DNA from: Candidatus Hydrogenedentota bacterium
GTDB taxonomy: Bacteria; Hydrogenedentota; Hydrogenedentia; Hydrogenedentales; SLHB01
NCBI GenBank assembly: GCA_963668025.2
Contig: CAXXTH010000017.1
Coordinates: forward strand, 576,001 to 640,000
Reading direction: 5' to 3'
DNA length: 64,000 bases
Shown here: piece after piece, positions 27,580 through 37,321 of the stretch
Position numbering within the stretch: the stretch's first letter is position 1
Layout: every line of letters starts with the position of its first letter
Translations under genes and position numbers: made by a program
The notes under the pieces: model-generated
The model's input: only the letters and a program-made list of their open reading frames with translations
Databases searched by the model: none
What the model was told of the DNA's origin: nothing

Positions 27580-28296
27580 ATGCAGACGCTCGTATCGGTG
27601 GTTGTGCCGTTTTACAACGAAGAAGAAAATGTGCCGCATGTCGCGGAGCGAATTCGCGACGTGTTCGCGGGGCTGCCGGATTATGAATACGAGTGCGTGT
27701 TCGTGAACGATGGCAGCGCCGATGGCACGCGTGCGGCCTTGGATGCGTTGCGCGCCTCCGATGAACGGGTCCGCCCGTTGCACCTTGTGCGCAATGGCGG
27801 CCAATCGGCGGCCATTGTGGCGGGCATGCGCCGCGCCCGGGGCCAGTTCTTACTCATGATTGACGGCGACATGCAGAATGACCCGTGTGACTTTCCCCGC
27901 ATGCTCGAGCTGCTCCAAGGCCATGACTGCGTCTGCGGCTACCGCGCGAAGCGCCGCGATACGTGGATGAAACGCAAAGCCAGCCTGATCGCCAACCGCA
28001 TCCGGCGGAGCTGGCTCGATGACGATATCCGCGACGCGGGCTGCGGCTCGAAAGGCTTCCGCCGCTGCTGCGTCGAGCACATGATTCCTTTCAACGGCAT
28101 GCACCGCTATTTCGGCGTTATGATGAAAGCGGCGGGCATGCGCATCGCCGAGATGGAAGTGACCCACCACCCGCGCCAGTTTGGTCAATCGAAATATGGC
28201 GTATGGGACCGTATGTGGCGGGGCATTTATGACCTCTTCGGGGTGGCGTGGCTGCGATGCCGCTACGTGGCTGTCCGCGTGGAAGGCGAGGACTAG
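27580..28296 (+). CDS. GT2 polyprenyl-phosphate glycosyltransferase (DPM1/ArnC-like)
   Basis: VVPFYNEE, VNDGSAD, DGDMQNDP and DAGCGSK. Confidence 0.9.
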   Translation: MQTLVSVVVPFYNEEENVPHVAERIRDVFAGLPDYEYECVFVNDGSADGTRAALDALRASDERVRPLHLVRNGGQSAAIVAGMRRARGQFLLMIDGDMQNDPCDFPRMLELLQGHDCVCGYRAKRRDTWMKRKASLIANRIRRSWLDDDIRDAGCGSKGFRRCCVEHMIPFNGMHRYFGVMMKAAGMRIAEMEVTHHPRQFGQSKYGVWDRMWRGIYDLFGVAWLRCRYVAVRVEGED

Positions 28297-28992
28297 ATGC
28301 TCGATAAACTGGCGGGCCAAAGCGGGCTCTGGATCATCTTCTGCATCGTGGCATGGGTGATCTTTAACTCACGCTTCTACGTCCAATGGCTCGCTTCCGA
28401 ACGGAAGAAACGCAGCGTCATTCCCATCGCGTTCTGGTATCAAACCGCCATTGGTTCGTTCATGCTGCTCTTATGGGCCTGGCACACCACCTCCGCCCTC
28501 GGGGCCGTGAGCCAGTGTTTCACCCTCGTGCCCTGCGGACGGAACCTCATCCACATTTGGCGGGAGCGGGGCGTATTGTCACGGCGGCTGCACCATGCCA
28601 CCCACATCGCCGTGGCGATTGTGGTCGTGCTCGGCATATTTGTCGTGTATGCCGCCAGCATGTCCGAGATTAACGATCATCAAGATTCGAGCGCCGCCGA
28701 AGTGAAGTGGGCCGTACTCTGGCTGGCCATCGGGCTCATCGGGCAAGCCCTGTTCGCCCTGCGCGTTTTCATTCAATGGGCGATCACGGAAATGCGCCGC
28801 AAAAGCATCGTACCCTCATCCTTTTGGTATATCAGTGTCGTAGCGACGGTGTTGCAAGCCATCGCTTTCGCCGCCCGGGGCGGCGGCGACTGGGTGTACG
28901 CGCTCGGCATGATCTCGAATCTGTTCGTGTATTTGCGCAATATCTGGTTTCTACACCGGGGCGGAAACGAAGCCGCCATCAAAGCAGAGTGA
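28297..28992 (+). CDS. Lipid-A-disaccharide synthase N-terminal (LAB_N) domain membrane protein, two repeats
   Basis: RFYVQWLASERKKRSVIPIAFW and RVFIQWAITEMRRKSIVPSSFW. Confidence 0.85.
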   Translation: MLDKLAGQSGLWIIFCIVAWVIFNSRFYVQWLASERKKRSVIPIAFWYQTAIGSFMLLLWAWHTTSALGAVSQCFTLVPCGRNLIHIWRERGVLSRRLHHATHIAVAIVVVLGIFVVYAASMSEINDHQDSSAAEVKWAVLWLAIGLIGQALFALRVFIQWAITEMRRKSIVPSSFWYISVVATVLQAIAFAARGGGDWVYALGMISNLFVYLRNIWFLHRGGNEAAIKAE

Positions 28993-29881
28993 ACTGGCCG
29001 CCGCTGGCGCCCGGTTCCGCAGGCGCTTGCCACGCAAAATTCGTGACCAGCAATTCCTCGATAGCCCCGCGCCGGTCCGCCCGGCTGTTCACATTACGGG
29101 TGGCATATACGGTTTGCTGGTGAAAGCCCTCATACAAGGCTTCAATAAAGCGCGTTTTCGAGTTCGAAAGGATGGCCATGACCCCGCCTTCCGACAGTTC
29201 CCGGAACACGCCCGCGAGGCGCTCCTGTTCTTTCCCGCCAAAGCCCGTGCTGGCATAACTCGTGAACGACGCCGTGGATGAAACCGGATCATACGGCGGA
29301 TCAAAATAGGCCAGATCACCGGCTTGCGCCGTATCGAGCACCGTGTCGAACGGCCGGGCCTCAATCCGCGCATGCTGAAGCGCACTTGATACGGCCCGAA
29401 GATTCGCCTCGTCACATATGACCGGATTGGCATACCGGCCCATGGGCACATTGAAAAGGCCTTTGCTGTTTTCCCGGAACAGGCCGTTGAAACAGGTCTT
29501 GTTCAAATAGATGATGCGTGCGGCGCGTTCTACAAGCTCATCAGGCGTTCGGGAGCGCATGGCGTAGTAATACTCTTTGCAATGGCGCTGCTTATGCTCA
29601 TGCAGCAGCGCGATGACGCGGCCTGCTTCGTTGCGCACGCCCAAATAGGCTTCAATAAGCCTTATATTCGTATCGGAGAGGAATGCGTCTTTTTCGCGCA
29701 GGCGGCCCGTGCGAAACAACTCGAAAAACAGCGCGCCGCCGCCGATGAACGGCTCATGATACGCGCGAAATGGACCAGCCGCTTCCACACACGCCGCCAG
29801 CGGCGCTAAAAGCTGCCCTTTGCCGCCCACCCATTTTAAGAAAGGCCGGGGCGTCCCATTCCTTGCACGTTTGTCTTGCAT
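28979..29881 (-). CDS. dam: DNA adenine methyltransferase (Dam family), orphan
   Basis: PFLKWVGGK, EPFIGGGA, FNGLFRENSKGLFNVPMG and DPPY. Confidence 0.9.
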   Translation of the reverse strand: MQDKRARNGTPRPFLKWVGGKGQLLAPLAACVEAAGPFRAYHEPFIGGGALFFELFRTGRLREKDAFLSDTNIRLIEAYLGVRNEAGRVIALLHEHKQRHCKEYYYAMRSRTPDELVERAARIIYLNKTCFNGLFRENSKGLFNVPMGRYANPVICDEANLRAVSSALQHARIEARPFDTVLDTAQAGDLAYFDPPYDPVSSTASFTSYASTGFGGKEQERLAGVFRELSEGGVMAILSNSKTRFIEALYEGFHQQTVYATRNVNSRADRRGAIEELLVTNFAWQAPAEPGASGGQFTLL

Positions 29882-29944
29882 GGAAACTACCTATCTAGAT
29901 CGGTTCAAGATTGGATGCCGCACAGCAAATGGATTCTACTCTAC

Positions 29945-29994
29945 CGTGGCATGGCCGTCCCGGCCATGCACATGGGCGGGACGCCCATGCTACG
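29945..29994. repeat. REP-like palindromic doublet, copy 2
   Basis: Near-identical to 5930-5980. Confidence 0.85.
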
Positions 29995-30015
29995 GTAAAT
30001 CATGCCCTAAATAGT

Positions 30016-32718
30016 CTATTTTTCCTTCGTGTGCTGGGCCAGATTCACCAATGCCGCTTCTTCCGTGCTGGCGTGTCCGCCGCATTCCACATAACACACC
30101 ACATCCTGTTTCATCGTGTCGGCGCGCAGCTTGACGGGGAATCCATCAGGCCGGTGGCCCACTTCAATGACGCGTACGATGTGTTCGTAGCTTCGCGCCT
30201 CCGGGATAAGCTGCACGAGCCGGTTAGGAGATTGCTCGAAGAATTCCGTGTTCAGGTAGTTGCCTTCATGCAATGGGAACAGGGCGAGATACAGGATATT
30301 CATCTCGACCATTTCCGCGAAAAAGTGGGTGCCAAAGGAAACGTCTGGAATGAGGTCTTCCCGCATGGCCACGATTTCACACAGCACGGATACATGGTTG
30401 ATCTCGGCAAAAGACACCGGCACGCCCAGCGAAGGCGTCGTGGTGCCCCAGCGTCCGGGGCCAAGGAGCATCGTGACCCGTTCCGGATCGCGCGAGCCGG
30501 GAAGCTGGTTGATGCGCCCAATGAGACGCGCCACGGCATAGCGTTCTTTAACGGGAAGCTGGCCGTAAATCGAGGGAACCACATAGACGATCCGGTTTAT
30601 CGTATTGAGGCGGCTATGGCCAATAACCGGGCCATGGCTCTGCAACAACATATCCCCCGTCTCAATCTGCACATCGAACTGGGCGAACTGGGCTTCGCTT
30701 TTCACTTGCAGCGGACGGCATTGCACAAGGTCGATGCGCGGTTCGCCCTGCGGGGTGAAATTGGTTGTAAACTCGATGTCCACCGGATTGTCGTAGGCTT
30801 TCTGGAGCGTCTCGAGCATCGAACGCATTTCTTGCACAAAAGAGGTTTTAGACAACAAACTATCGAAAGTCAATATGAGCGATGACGATGTGGGTAGATT
30901 CTTATCCCGGGCCAAGCGGGCCAGATTGCGGTCATGGCTGGCAAACAGATGCACCGGCATACCAGGATCTTCCGTTACGGTCTCCTGGAAATCCGTCGTG
31001 TGAAAACGGTTGTTCGCCAGGTCGAGCACATCCACTCTGCGCTGGGCATGGCGGGTCAAATCGCCCGAGCCGGACTCAGGCCGTTTGCTGGGGGCGTTGA
31101 GCGCCACCAGGCGGGTGTAGTCATCATCCGAGCGGTCCACGGCCCGCGTGCCAAGCCCATATACAAGCCGCAGCACGCCCGCCCGAGGATCGATTTCTTC
31201 GTCCCACACATAAGGATTGAAGGAAAAGCCGACGCCCGCGATGTGGGGGTAATGATACCGGCCATGCTGCGCTCCCGCGACACGCTGGACGAGCAGGGCC
31301 ATTTGCTCATCCCGGTCGAGAAGGCCATGGCGCGCCCGGTAGCTGAGGGCGGCCTTGCTCATGGTGCTTGCATATATGGCTTTCACCGCATCGAGAAAAA
31401 CTTCCAGGCGCCGCTCGGGCGAGCCTTGGTTCGTGCAAAATACGCTATCGTATTTCCCCGCGAACGAATTGCCAAAATTGTCCTCGAGCAAACTGCTTGA
31501 ACGGACAATGATGGGCGATTGTCCGTAATAATCGAGCATGGCGGCGAATCGCTGGCATATATGGGGGGGGAAAACGCCATGCAAGAAACGCTCGCGCGCT
31601 TCGTCGGCCCCACGCAGATAATCAGAAGCCTTGAGCTGCCGTTTGCGCAGCTCCCAGCAGCCGTTGCGCACAATAAACGTGTAGAACACATCGGAAGGAA
31701 TATAGAACGAATCATGGACGGCAAGCACATCTTTCCAGTGTGGGTCCGCCCGGCGCAAAATGGCCCGGGCCAGGAGCATGCCCACCGACTTGCCGCCGAT
31801 AAGGCCCGTGCCAAGCATGCGTTTGCCGATATTCACCAGGTCATCCAGCGTCAGGTATTCGCGGGCAAGACTCAACACCCGGTCATCGCGCGAGATAATC
31901 ATACGAAGCAGGCGGTGGAACATGGCGCGCACGACTTCCGGAGGCGCTTCCTCGCGCTTATGCATATCGAGGAGCGCTTCGGCTTCCACCAGGGTGCGCG
32001 TCCATACGCCGAGATGATACTGCGACACCCCCAAGGCCGCACGGGGGCACGAGGTGAGCACTTCCGCGATCGTGTGGCTTTCCGTCACGGGGACCACCGT
32101 GTCCCCTTCCCACTTGTGCAAGGTGTACATATATTGGGAAGTGCGTTCTTGCACTTTCAGCGGCTGGACATATAAGTGCGAATCATGCCGGTATACTTCG
32201 ATGAGAATCTGGGTCGTTTCGGTGATGGGCGTCATCGCGTAGGGCGAATGGGTGTTGCGCATGAGGGCGAAATACGCGATGGTCTCGAAATCATACAGAT
32301 ATGGGCAGGTGAGCTGGAAAAAATTTCCCACCATCTGGTCGCTATACCAGTCCGCCGTCAGATCCGATAAGCTGTCGAATACGAAATACGCGCCCCGCCC
32401 TGCTCGCGCGATAGTGCCCCGAATGCCGTCCAGAAACGTCTCAAAACCCGCCTGAGGATCCAGATTGACCACGTTGAAACCAATATTATCCGCGATTAAT
32501 GGGGCATGGCGCGCAAACCGGAAATAGTACATCTTACGGTCTATGTGCAGTTTCGCGCGCTGGCGCAAAGCATAATCGACAAAAGGCGAAACAAACGCGG
32601 CGTAGTCTTCCGTGGACGCCACCTGCCAAACCACATTGTCCCCCGGAATCAGGCCACACAAGACTTGATCCAAAGCGGGGATGCCCGTGCTGGGAGAGGG
32701 AAGAGACGGCTTCATCAT
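30016..32718 (-). CDS. PEP/pyruvate-binding (PPDK_N, ATP-grasp) domain protein with RecA-like N-terminus
   Basis: STGIPALDQVL N-terminus; IGGKSVG, VRSSSLLED, FAGKY, GLGTRAV, DIEF and VQCRP. Confidence 0.8.
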   Translation of the reverse strand: MMKPSLPSPSTGIPALDQVLCGLIPGDNVVWQVASTEDYAAFVSPFVDYALRQRAKLHIDRKMYYFRFARHAPLIADNIGFNVVNLDPQAGFETFLDGIRGTIARAGRGAYFVFDSLSDLTADWYSDQMVGNFFQLTCPYLYDFETIAYFALMRNTHSPYAMTPITETTQILIEVYRHDSHLYVQPLKVQERTSQYMYTLHKWEGDTVVPVTESHTIAEVLTSCPRAALGVSQYHLGVWTRTLVEAEALLDMHKREEAPPEVVRAMFHRLLRMIISRDDRVLSLAREYLTLDDLVNIGKRMLGTGLIGGKSVGMLLARAILRRADPHWKDVLAVHDSFYIPSDVFYTFIVRNGCWELRKRQLKASDYLRGADEARERFLHGVFPPHICQRFAAMLDYYGQSPIIVRSSSLLEDNFGNSFAGKYDSVFCTNQGSPERRLEVFLDAVKAIYASTMSKAALSYRARHGLLDRDEQMALLVQRVAGAQHGRYHYPHIAGVGFSFNPYVWDEEIDPRAGVLRLVYGLGTRAVDRSDDDYTRLVALNAPSKRPESGSGDLTRHAQRRVDVLDLANNRFHTTDFQETVTEDPGMPVHLFASHDRNLARLARDKNLPTSSSLILTFDSLLSKTSFVQEMRSMLETLQKAYDNPVDIEFTTNFTPQGEPRIDLVQCRPLQVKSEAQFAQFDVQIETGDMLLQSHGPVIGHSRLNTINRIVYVVPSIYGQLPVKERYAVARLIGRINQLPGSRDPERVTMLLGPGRWGTTTPSLGVPVSFAEINHVSVLCEIVAMREDLIPDVSFGTHFFAEMVEMNILYLALFPLHEGNYLNTEFFEQSPNRLVQLIPEARSYEHIVRVIEVGHRPDGFPVKLRADTMKQDVVCYVECGGHASTEEAALVNLAQHTKEK

Positions 32719-32787
32719 GTACCTCGCGTGTCCAATTTCGATTTCAAGAACAGTATGCCTTATTTACAACCAAATCTCCTCCCCCAA

Positions 32788-32815
32788 ACCCTATACCCTA
32801 TACCCTATACCCTAC
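32788..32815 (+). repeat. Tandem heptamer repeat (ACCCTAT)x3 plus ACCCTAC
   Basis: Read directly; abuts the stop codon of the GT2 gene. Confidence 0.85.
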
Positions 32816-33673
32816 CTAATAGCGCTGATACCGCTGGACATGCTGGCAGCCCAGATATACACCCAGCGGCCGCACGAACGGGAACAGCCAGGCGGCGGGG
32901 CCATCAAGGCGGCCATGCGCCGCTTCGCGCAGCCATTGGAGATAGACGCGCGGTGTGGCCAGATCGCGCAGGCAATCGAAAACCGAATATGGGAATCCCA
33001 GATCCCGCAACGCGGCCCCCTCGTTACGGCAGCGGATGGCGAGCATGTGCAAGGTGTACGTATGATGATGCAATACCGCCGCGTGGGCGGGAAACGCCAC
33101 GCGCAAACCTCCTGTTTCCAGCTTGAGCTGGAATTGGAAATCTTCCCCCAGAATCTGGGGCGTGAAATGAAACCGTTCCCACACCGAGCGCAACACCGCC
33201 GCATTAGCGAAAGACATACCGCGCCCATGCCGCGCCGCATATCGCCGCATTTCCCGGGTAAAGTAAAAATAGCCATTACGCTCCCAGGGAAATTGAGGAT
33301 ACGCACGCTCCGGATCAGGTGTGGATGGGCCGCACGAAGCGCCTACGCCCGTTTCTTGAAGCGGGCGAATCAGGTTTTCGAGCCAATCTTCGTGCGCCGG
33401 AATGGCGTCTTGCGACAGGCAAGCGATAATCTCGCCTTGAGAAGCGGCGAACAGCCGTTCCCGCGCCGCACCCCAATTGAATGGGCCGTCCTGCTCCAAC
33501 ACCCGCGCGCCATGCTGCGCCAGCAAGCGCGGCGTGCCGTCCGTCGAACCGGAATCCAGGGCGATGATCTCGAGCGGACGCGCCGGTCGCTGGGCGCGCA
33601 CGGCCTCCAGGAGCCGCGCGAGCAACGCGCCCCCATTCCAGGTGGCTAAGGCTATCGTGACGCTGGGATGCAT
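32816..33673 (-). CDS. GT2 glycosyltransferase (rhamnosyltransferase-like)
   Basis: ATWNGG, LDSGSTDGT, SQDAIP and GEDFQF. Confidence 0.85.
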   Translation of the reverse strand: MHPSVTIALATWNGGALLARLLEAVRAQRPARPLEIIALDSGSTDGTPRLLAQHGARVLEQDGPFNWGAARERLFAASQGEIIACLSQDAIPAHEDWLENLIRPLQETGVGASCGPSTPDPERAYPQFPWERNGYFYFTREMRRYAARHGRGMSFANAAVLRSVWERFHFTPQILGEDFQFQLKLETGGLRVAFPAHAAVLHHHTYTLHMLAIRCRNEGAALRDLGFPYSVFDCLRDLATPRVYLQWLREAAHGRLDGPAAWLFPFVRPLGVYLGCQHVQRYQRY

Positions 33674-33727
33674 AGGCTCACGAGATCGATTTTTGCCACA
33701 GAAAGCACAAGATACACAAAAAGAACC

Positions 33728-34459
33728 TTACAAATGCTTAGCCGAATCGGGCAACGTGGATTCATATTGCTGGAGCACTTCTTCCGTCTCGCCGGACGCT
33801 TTCACGACGCCATTCTCGATCCATACCGCCCGGTTGCACATGCGCCGGACTTGCAGCGCATGATGCGACACAAACACAATCGTGCTTTCATGGGAGCGGA
33901 TGCGCTCGTTCATGGCATGGAACGATTTTTCGCGGAACGCGATGTCTCCCACGCCCGTCACTTCATCCACCAACAGCACATCCGGCTCGACTTGGAACGC
34001 CACGGCAAACGCCAGCCGCGAACGCATGCCCGAAGAATAGGTCGAGATGGGCTGCTCGAAGAAATCGCCCAATTCAGAGAATGCCAGAATGTCATCGAGC
34101 CTGGACTCGATATCACGTTTCTTCATCCCTAAAAACATGCCGCCGAGAATGGCGTTCTCGCGTCCCGACAGATAATCAAGAAATCCCAGCGACAACGTCA
34201 GCAAGGAAACACTCACGCCATTATTGATGAATACGCCCTTGTCCGGGCTCATCACCCCGGCGAGGATGCGCAGCAAGGTCGTTTTACCCACGCCGTTGCG
34301 GCCCACCACGCCCAGCGAGTCGCCCCGGTATAAATCGAATGATACATCCTTAAGCGCCCAATACACGCGCCGTTTGAACAGCCCGCCCTTCAGCCAGTAA
34401 TACATGCCCACATGCTGCATCGAGAGCAGGGGCTGTTCCTCCTCTGTATGATGGATCAT
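33728..34459 (-). CDS. wzt: Polysaccharide ABC exporter ATPase
   Basis: WALKDVSF, GRNGVGKTT, YSSGMRSRL and LVDEV; ATG overlaps the wzm stop. Confidence 0.9.
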   Translation of the reverse strand: MIHHTEEEQPLLSMQHVGMYYWLKGGLFKRRVYWALKDVSFDLYRGDSLGVVGRNGVGKTTLLRILAGVMSPDKGVFINNGVSVSLLTLSLGFLDYLSGRENAILGGMFLGMKKRDIESRLDDILAFSELGDFFEQPISTYSSGMRSRLAFAVAFQVEPDVLLVDEVTGVGDIAFREKSFHAMNERIRSHESTIVFVSHHALQVRRMCNRAVWIENGVVKASGETEEVLQQYESTLPDSAKHL

Positions 34460-35235
34460 GACGTGACCCTTTTTGCATAAATTTTCTCGAAACGTGAAAT
34501 AAGCCATGCGCCTATGTAGATGAAGACTAAAGAAGCGGCCACCGTGATACCAAGGCTTTGCATATCCGGCCAGCGCTCGTTGATCAAGATATCCCGCATG
34601 CCTGTGATAACCGTGACCATCGGATTGAGCAGCACCCAAGGCCGGTATTTTTCCGGATAACTCTCAATAGTGTAAAACACGCACGACAAAAAGAACATGA
34701 TGCGCAGCACATATTCCACCAATTTAGCCACATCGGGTATAAACGGCACTATGGCGCATAACGGAAGCGTCACTCCCATGATCAACAATAATTCTATCAG
34801 CAGCAACCCGGGCAGCGCCGCCATATAGGCATCGGGCGTGAAGCCAAAAAGCGCCAGTACAAAAAACAACACCAATAAGCTGAAGAAGAACTGAAGCGTG
34901 GAATTGAGAATCACGCACAAAGGAAAAATAATTTTCGGGAACGCCACCTGGCGCACAAACGGCATGCTTCGCAAAATAGATGTGTTGGTGCTCAATATGG
35001 TCGAAGAAAACCACTGCCACGCCACCACGCCCACCGCCAAATTCGGGATATAATTCTCTCCGCCCCGCTTAAAAATCAACCCGAAGACCAGATAATACAC
35101 CCCGATGTTAATCAACGGCTGAATCACCCACCACAGAATGCCCAGATAGGTGCGCTGGCCATCCGCCCGGAAATCCGCCCAGGCCTTATGTAAAATCAGA
35201 TTCCGATAGGGAAACACATTTATGCAATTGAACAT
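34456..35235 (-). CDS. wzm: Polysaccharide ABC exporter permease
   Basis: YLGILWWVIQPL, FPKIIFP and LNPM motifs. Confidence 0.88.
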   Translation of the reverse strand: MFNCINVFPYRNLILHKAWADFRADGQRTYLGILWWVIQPLINIGVYYLVFGLIFKRGGENYIPNLAVGVVAWQWFSSTILSTNTSILRSMPFVRQVAFPKIIFPLCVILNSTLQFFFSLLVLFFVLALFGFTPDAYMAALPGLLLIELLLIMGVTLPLCAIVPFIPDVAKLVEYVLRIMFFLSCVFYTIESYPEKYRPWVLLNPMVTVITGMRDILINERWPDMQSLGITVAASLVFIYIGAWLISRFEKIYAKRVTS

Positions 35236-35415
35236 GTAAATTTAGCCCGCCTAATGACATACGCCAGAAGAAACTCCGCCATTGTAGGAGCGCTTCATAC
35301 AGAATGCAACCTGGCCCGGAACTGTTTCCGTGTCCATCGCCACACCTGGATCCCCCTATGCTAATCGCCAAATAAAGTAGCAGATAGCAACAAACAGTAA
35401 TAAACAACAAATAAC

Positions 35416-35444
35416 TTGACGTATTCCAGGCAAGCCGATATAAT
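35416..35444 (+). promoter_or_regulatory. Near-consensus sigma70 promoter
   Basis: TTGACG-17 nt-TATAAT upstream of the 35487 gene. Confidence 0.75.
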
Positions 35445-35486
35445 CCATCCAACGGAAGCGGAAGCCATCACCACAAGGAGCGGGCC

Positions 35487-36218
35487 ATGGATGCAACGGA
35501 ACGCCAATCATCATCCCACATACTGGCGTATATGGATGGCATGCTGCGCCATCGGGAAGACTATTTTAGTGAGATCTTTGAAAACCGGAATATCCTGAAA
35601 CACTTGGCGTTGCTGCTCGGCATTATCATCAGCCTGTCGGCATTTTATGGATTCGTGATGGGCGCATCGAGTGGATGGTCTCAGATGCTGGCCTCCGCCA
35701 TCAAGGTTCCCGTGTTGTACCTGCTGACGATCCTTGTTTGTTATCCCGTACTGTACGTGGTCATCGTCATCATGGGGTCGCGACTGAGCTTTTTGCAGAC
35801 CTTGTGTTTGATCCTCTTGGCCTTGGGCCTGAACGCCGTGCTGCTCGCCAGTTGCGCGCCGATTATTTTTTTCTTCACCGTCACGGGAGCCAACTATCAT
35901 TTTCTGAAGCTCCTGAATGTAGCCATATTCGCGTTCGGCGGATGCTGGGGCATGCTGGGCCTCTGGCGCGGCTTAGTGGCCATGTGCGAACAATCGGATT
36001 TATATCCGCGCCAGGCGGTGCGCATCTTGCAGATATGGCTGCTCGTGTTCGCCTTCGTGGGCATGCAAATGACATGGTGCCTGCGGCCTTTCGTGGGAAA
36101 TCCCGAGATGGAATTTCAGATCTTCCGCGCACAGCACGGCAATTTCTATGAAGATGTGGTCAAATCAGCGGTGCAGTTGGTGGAAGGCGCGGTTTCACCA
36201 CCCAAGACATCCGTCTGA
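35487..36218 (+). CDS. Conserved Yip1-like membrane protein
   Basis: KVPVLYLLT and VGMQMTWCLRPFVG motifs; AAGGAG RBS. Confidence 0.75.
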   Translation: MDATERQSSSHILAYMDGMLRHREDYFSEIFENRNILKHLALLLGIIISLSAFYGFVMGASSGWSQMLASAIKVPVLYLLTILVCYPVLYVVIVIMGSRLSFLQTLCLILLALGLNAVLLASCAPIIFFFTVTGANYHFLKLLNVAIFAFGGCWGMLGLWRGLVAMCEQSDLYPRQAVRILQIWLLVFAFVGMQMTWCLRPFVGNPEMEFQIFRAQHGNFYEDVVKSAVQLVEGAVSPPKTSV

Positions 36219-36247
36219 TCCGTCCGATCCGTCCGATCCGCCCGATC
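36209..36247 (+). repeat. Tandem 9-mer (ATCCGTCCG) x4, imperfect
   Basis: Read directly; spans the stop codon of the preceding gene. Confidence 0.8.
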
Positions 36248-36274
36248 AATCATTTCTCGAAAGCGAGGTGCCAC

Positions 36275-36694
36275 ATGATCGCTAAAACGATTCGGAAGCA
36301 TAGAGGCTGGCGCATCCTATTTTTTGCAGGCTGTGGGTTGTCAGCTATAGCGGTCAGTTTGCTGATCGGCGCAGGCCTTTGGATTCACCATGACGTGGCG
36401 GTTATCGTACACGAAGCGCAAGCCATGCATCCCGGCAACCGCATCGAGGCCCTGGCGGCCTTGGCCGAAACCAACATAGCTCCTCTAGACCAGCGAAACC
36501 GGGCGATCTGGGCTTTAGGCCAGTTAGCGGATTCTCGCGCGTTGCCCGCGCTGGAACGGCTTCAAACGCATCAAGCTTGTGATCATGCACACCAGGTTTG
36601 CCAATATGAACTGGAGAAAGCAATAGGCTTTTGTGCGGGAACGCGCATCCAGTTATTCGCGAAACTCTTGCACGGAGGAGAAACGCATCCATGA
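36275..36694 (+). CDS. Membrane-anchored HEAT-repeat protein
   Basis: N-terminal TM; RNRAIWALGQLADSRALPALE; GAGG RBS. Confidence 0.7.
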   Translation: MIAKTIRKHRGWRILFFAGCGLSAIAVSLLIGAGLWIHHDVAVIVHEAQAMHPGNRIEALAALAETNIAPLDQRNRAIWALGQLADSRALPALERLQTHQACDHAHQVCQYELEKAIGFCAGTRIQLFAKLLHGGETHP

Positions 36695-37026
36695 AGCGAT
36701 TTTTTTGCATTGGTGCTGCCATGTTGTTCATAGACTGGTTGCTTGGCTGGGGATGCGCAGCGGACATCCTGCCATCATGGTTGTTTTTTCTGGCCAATAT
36801 CCCCTTTGGTGCAGCATATGTGTGGATGGAATCACACTGGACCGGCGCGAATTATGAAATCCTCATATGGGGCCATCGCTTTTCGGATCTGGATTCGCTG
36901 GCTTTATGGGCAGCCGTCGTATTCTTGCAAACGGGAGTTTATTACTTTTTGCTGCGCTGGTGGAGCAGATGGCATGGCCGTCCCGGCCATGCGCATGGGC
37001 GGGACGCCCATGCTACGAGAGGATAA
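36691..37026 (+). CDS. Small membrane protein; C-terminus encoded by a REP
   Basis: ATGA overlap with the upstream gene, GGAGG RBS, hydrophobic sequence. Confidence 0.6.
   Translation: MKRFFCIGAAMLFIDWLLGWGCAADILPSWLFFLANIPFGAAYVWMESHWTGANYEILIWGHRFSDLDSLALWAAVVFLQTGVYYFLLRWWSRWHGRPGHAHGRDAHATRG
36970..37017. repeat. REP-like palindromic doublet, copy 3
   Basis: Near-identical to 29945-29994. Confidence 0.85.
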
Positions 37027-37030
37027 TAGG

Positions 37031-37321
37031 ATGTCCAACCAAGACATCATGACCATCGAGGATGTGGCGAAGTACCTCAAGCTCAAACCGCAGACGGTGT
37101 ATAAATGGGCGCAAGACGGCCAGATCCCCGGCACGAAGCTGGGCAAGGAATGGCGGTTCCGGCGCAGCCTCATCGACGAGTGGATTGATACCTCCATTGC
37201 CCTCTCCAAGGCGGGATTCGATTTGCTCCACCAGCAAAGCCTGCTGGATGTCCGCCGCTCCGGCGTATCAGCGGCGGACGTGGAGCGCTTGTTGCAGGAG
37301 TTGGACCGTGGAGGACAGTGA
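37031..37321 (+). CDS. Excisionase-like HTH_17 DNA-binding protein
   Basis: IMTIEDVAKYLKLKPQTVYKWAQDGQIPGTKLGKEWRF. Confidence 0.88.
   Translation: MSNQDIMTIEDVAKYLKLKPQTVYKWAQDGQIPGTKLGKEWRFRRSLIDEWIDTSIALSKAGFDLLHQQSLLDVRRSGVSAADVERLLQELDRGGQ

Noticed and set aside
29911-30885. 324-aa plus-strand ORF and similar long antisense ORFs (e.g. 15832-16842, 17482-18567, 54597-55589)
   Set aside because: These are shadow frames of well-supported opposite-strand genes in GC-rich DNA.
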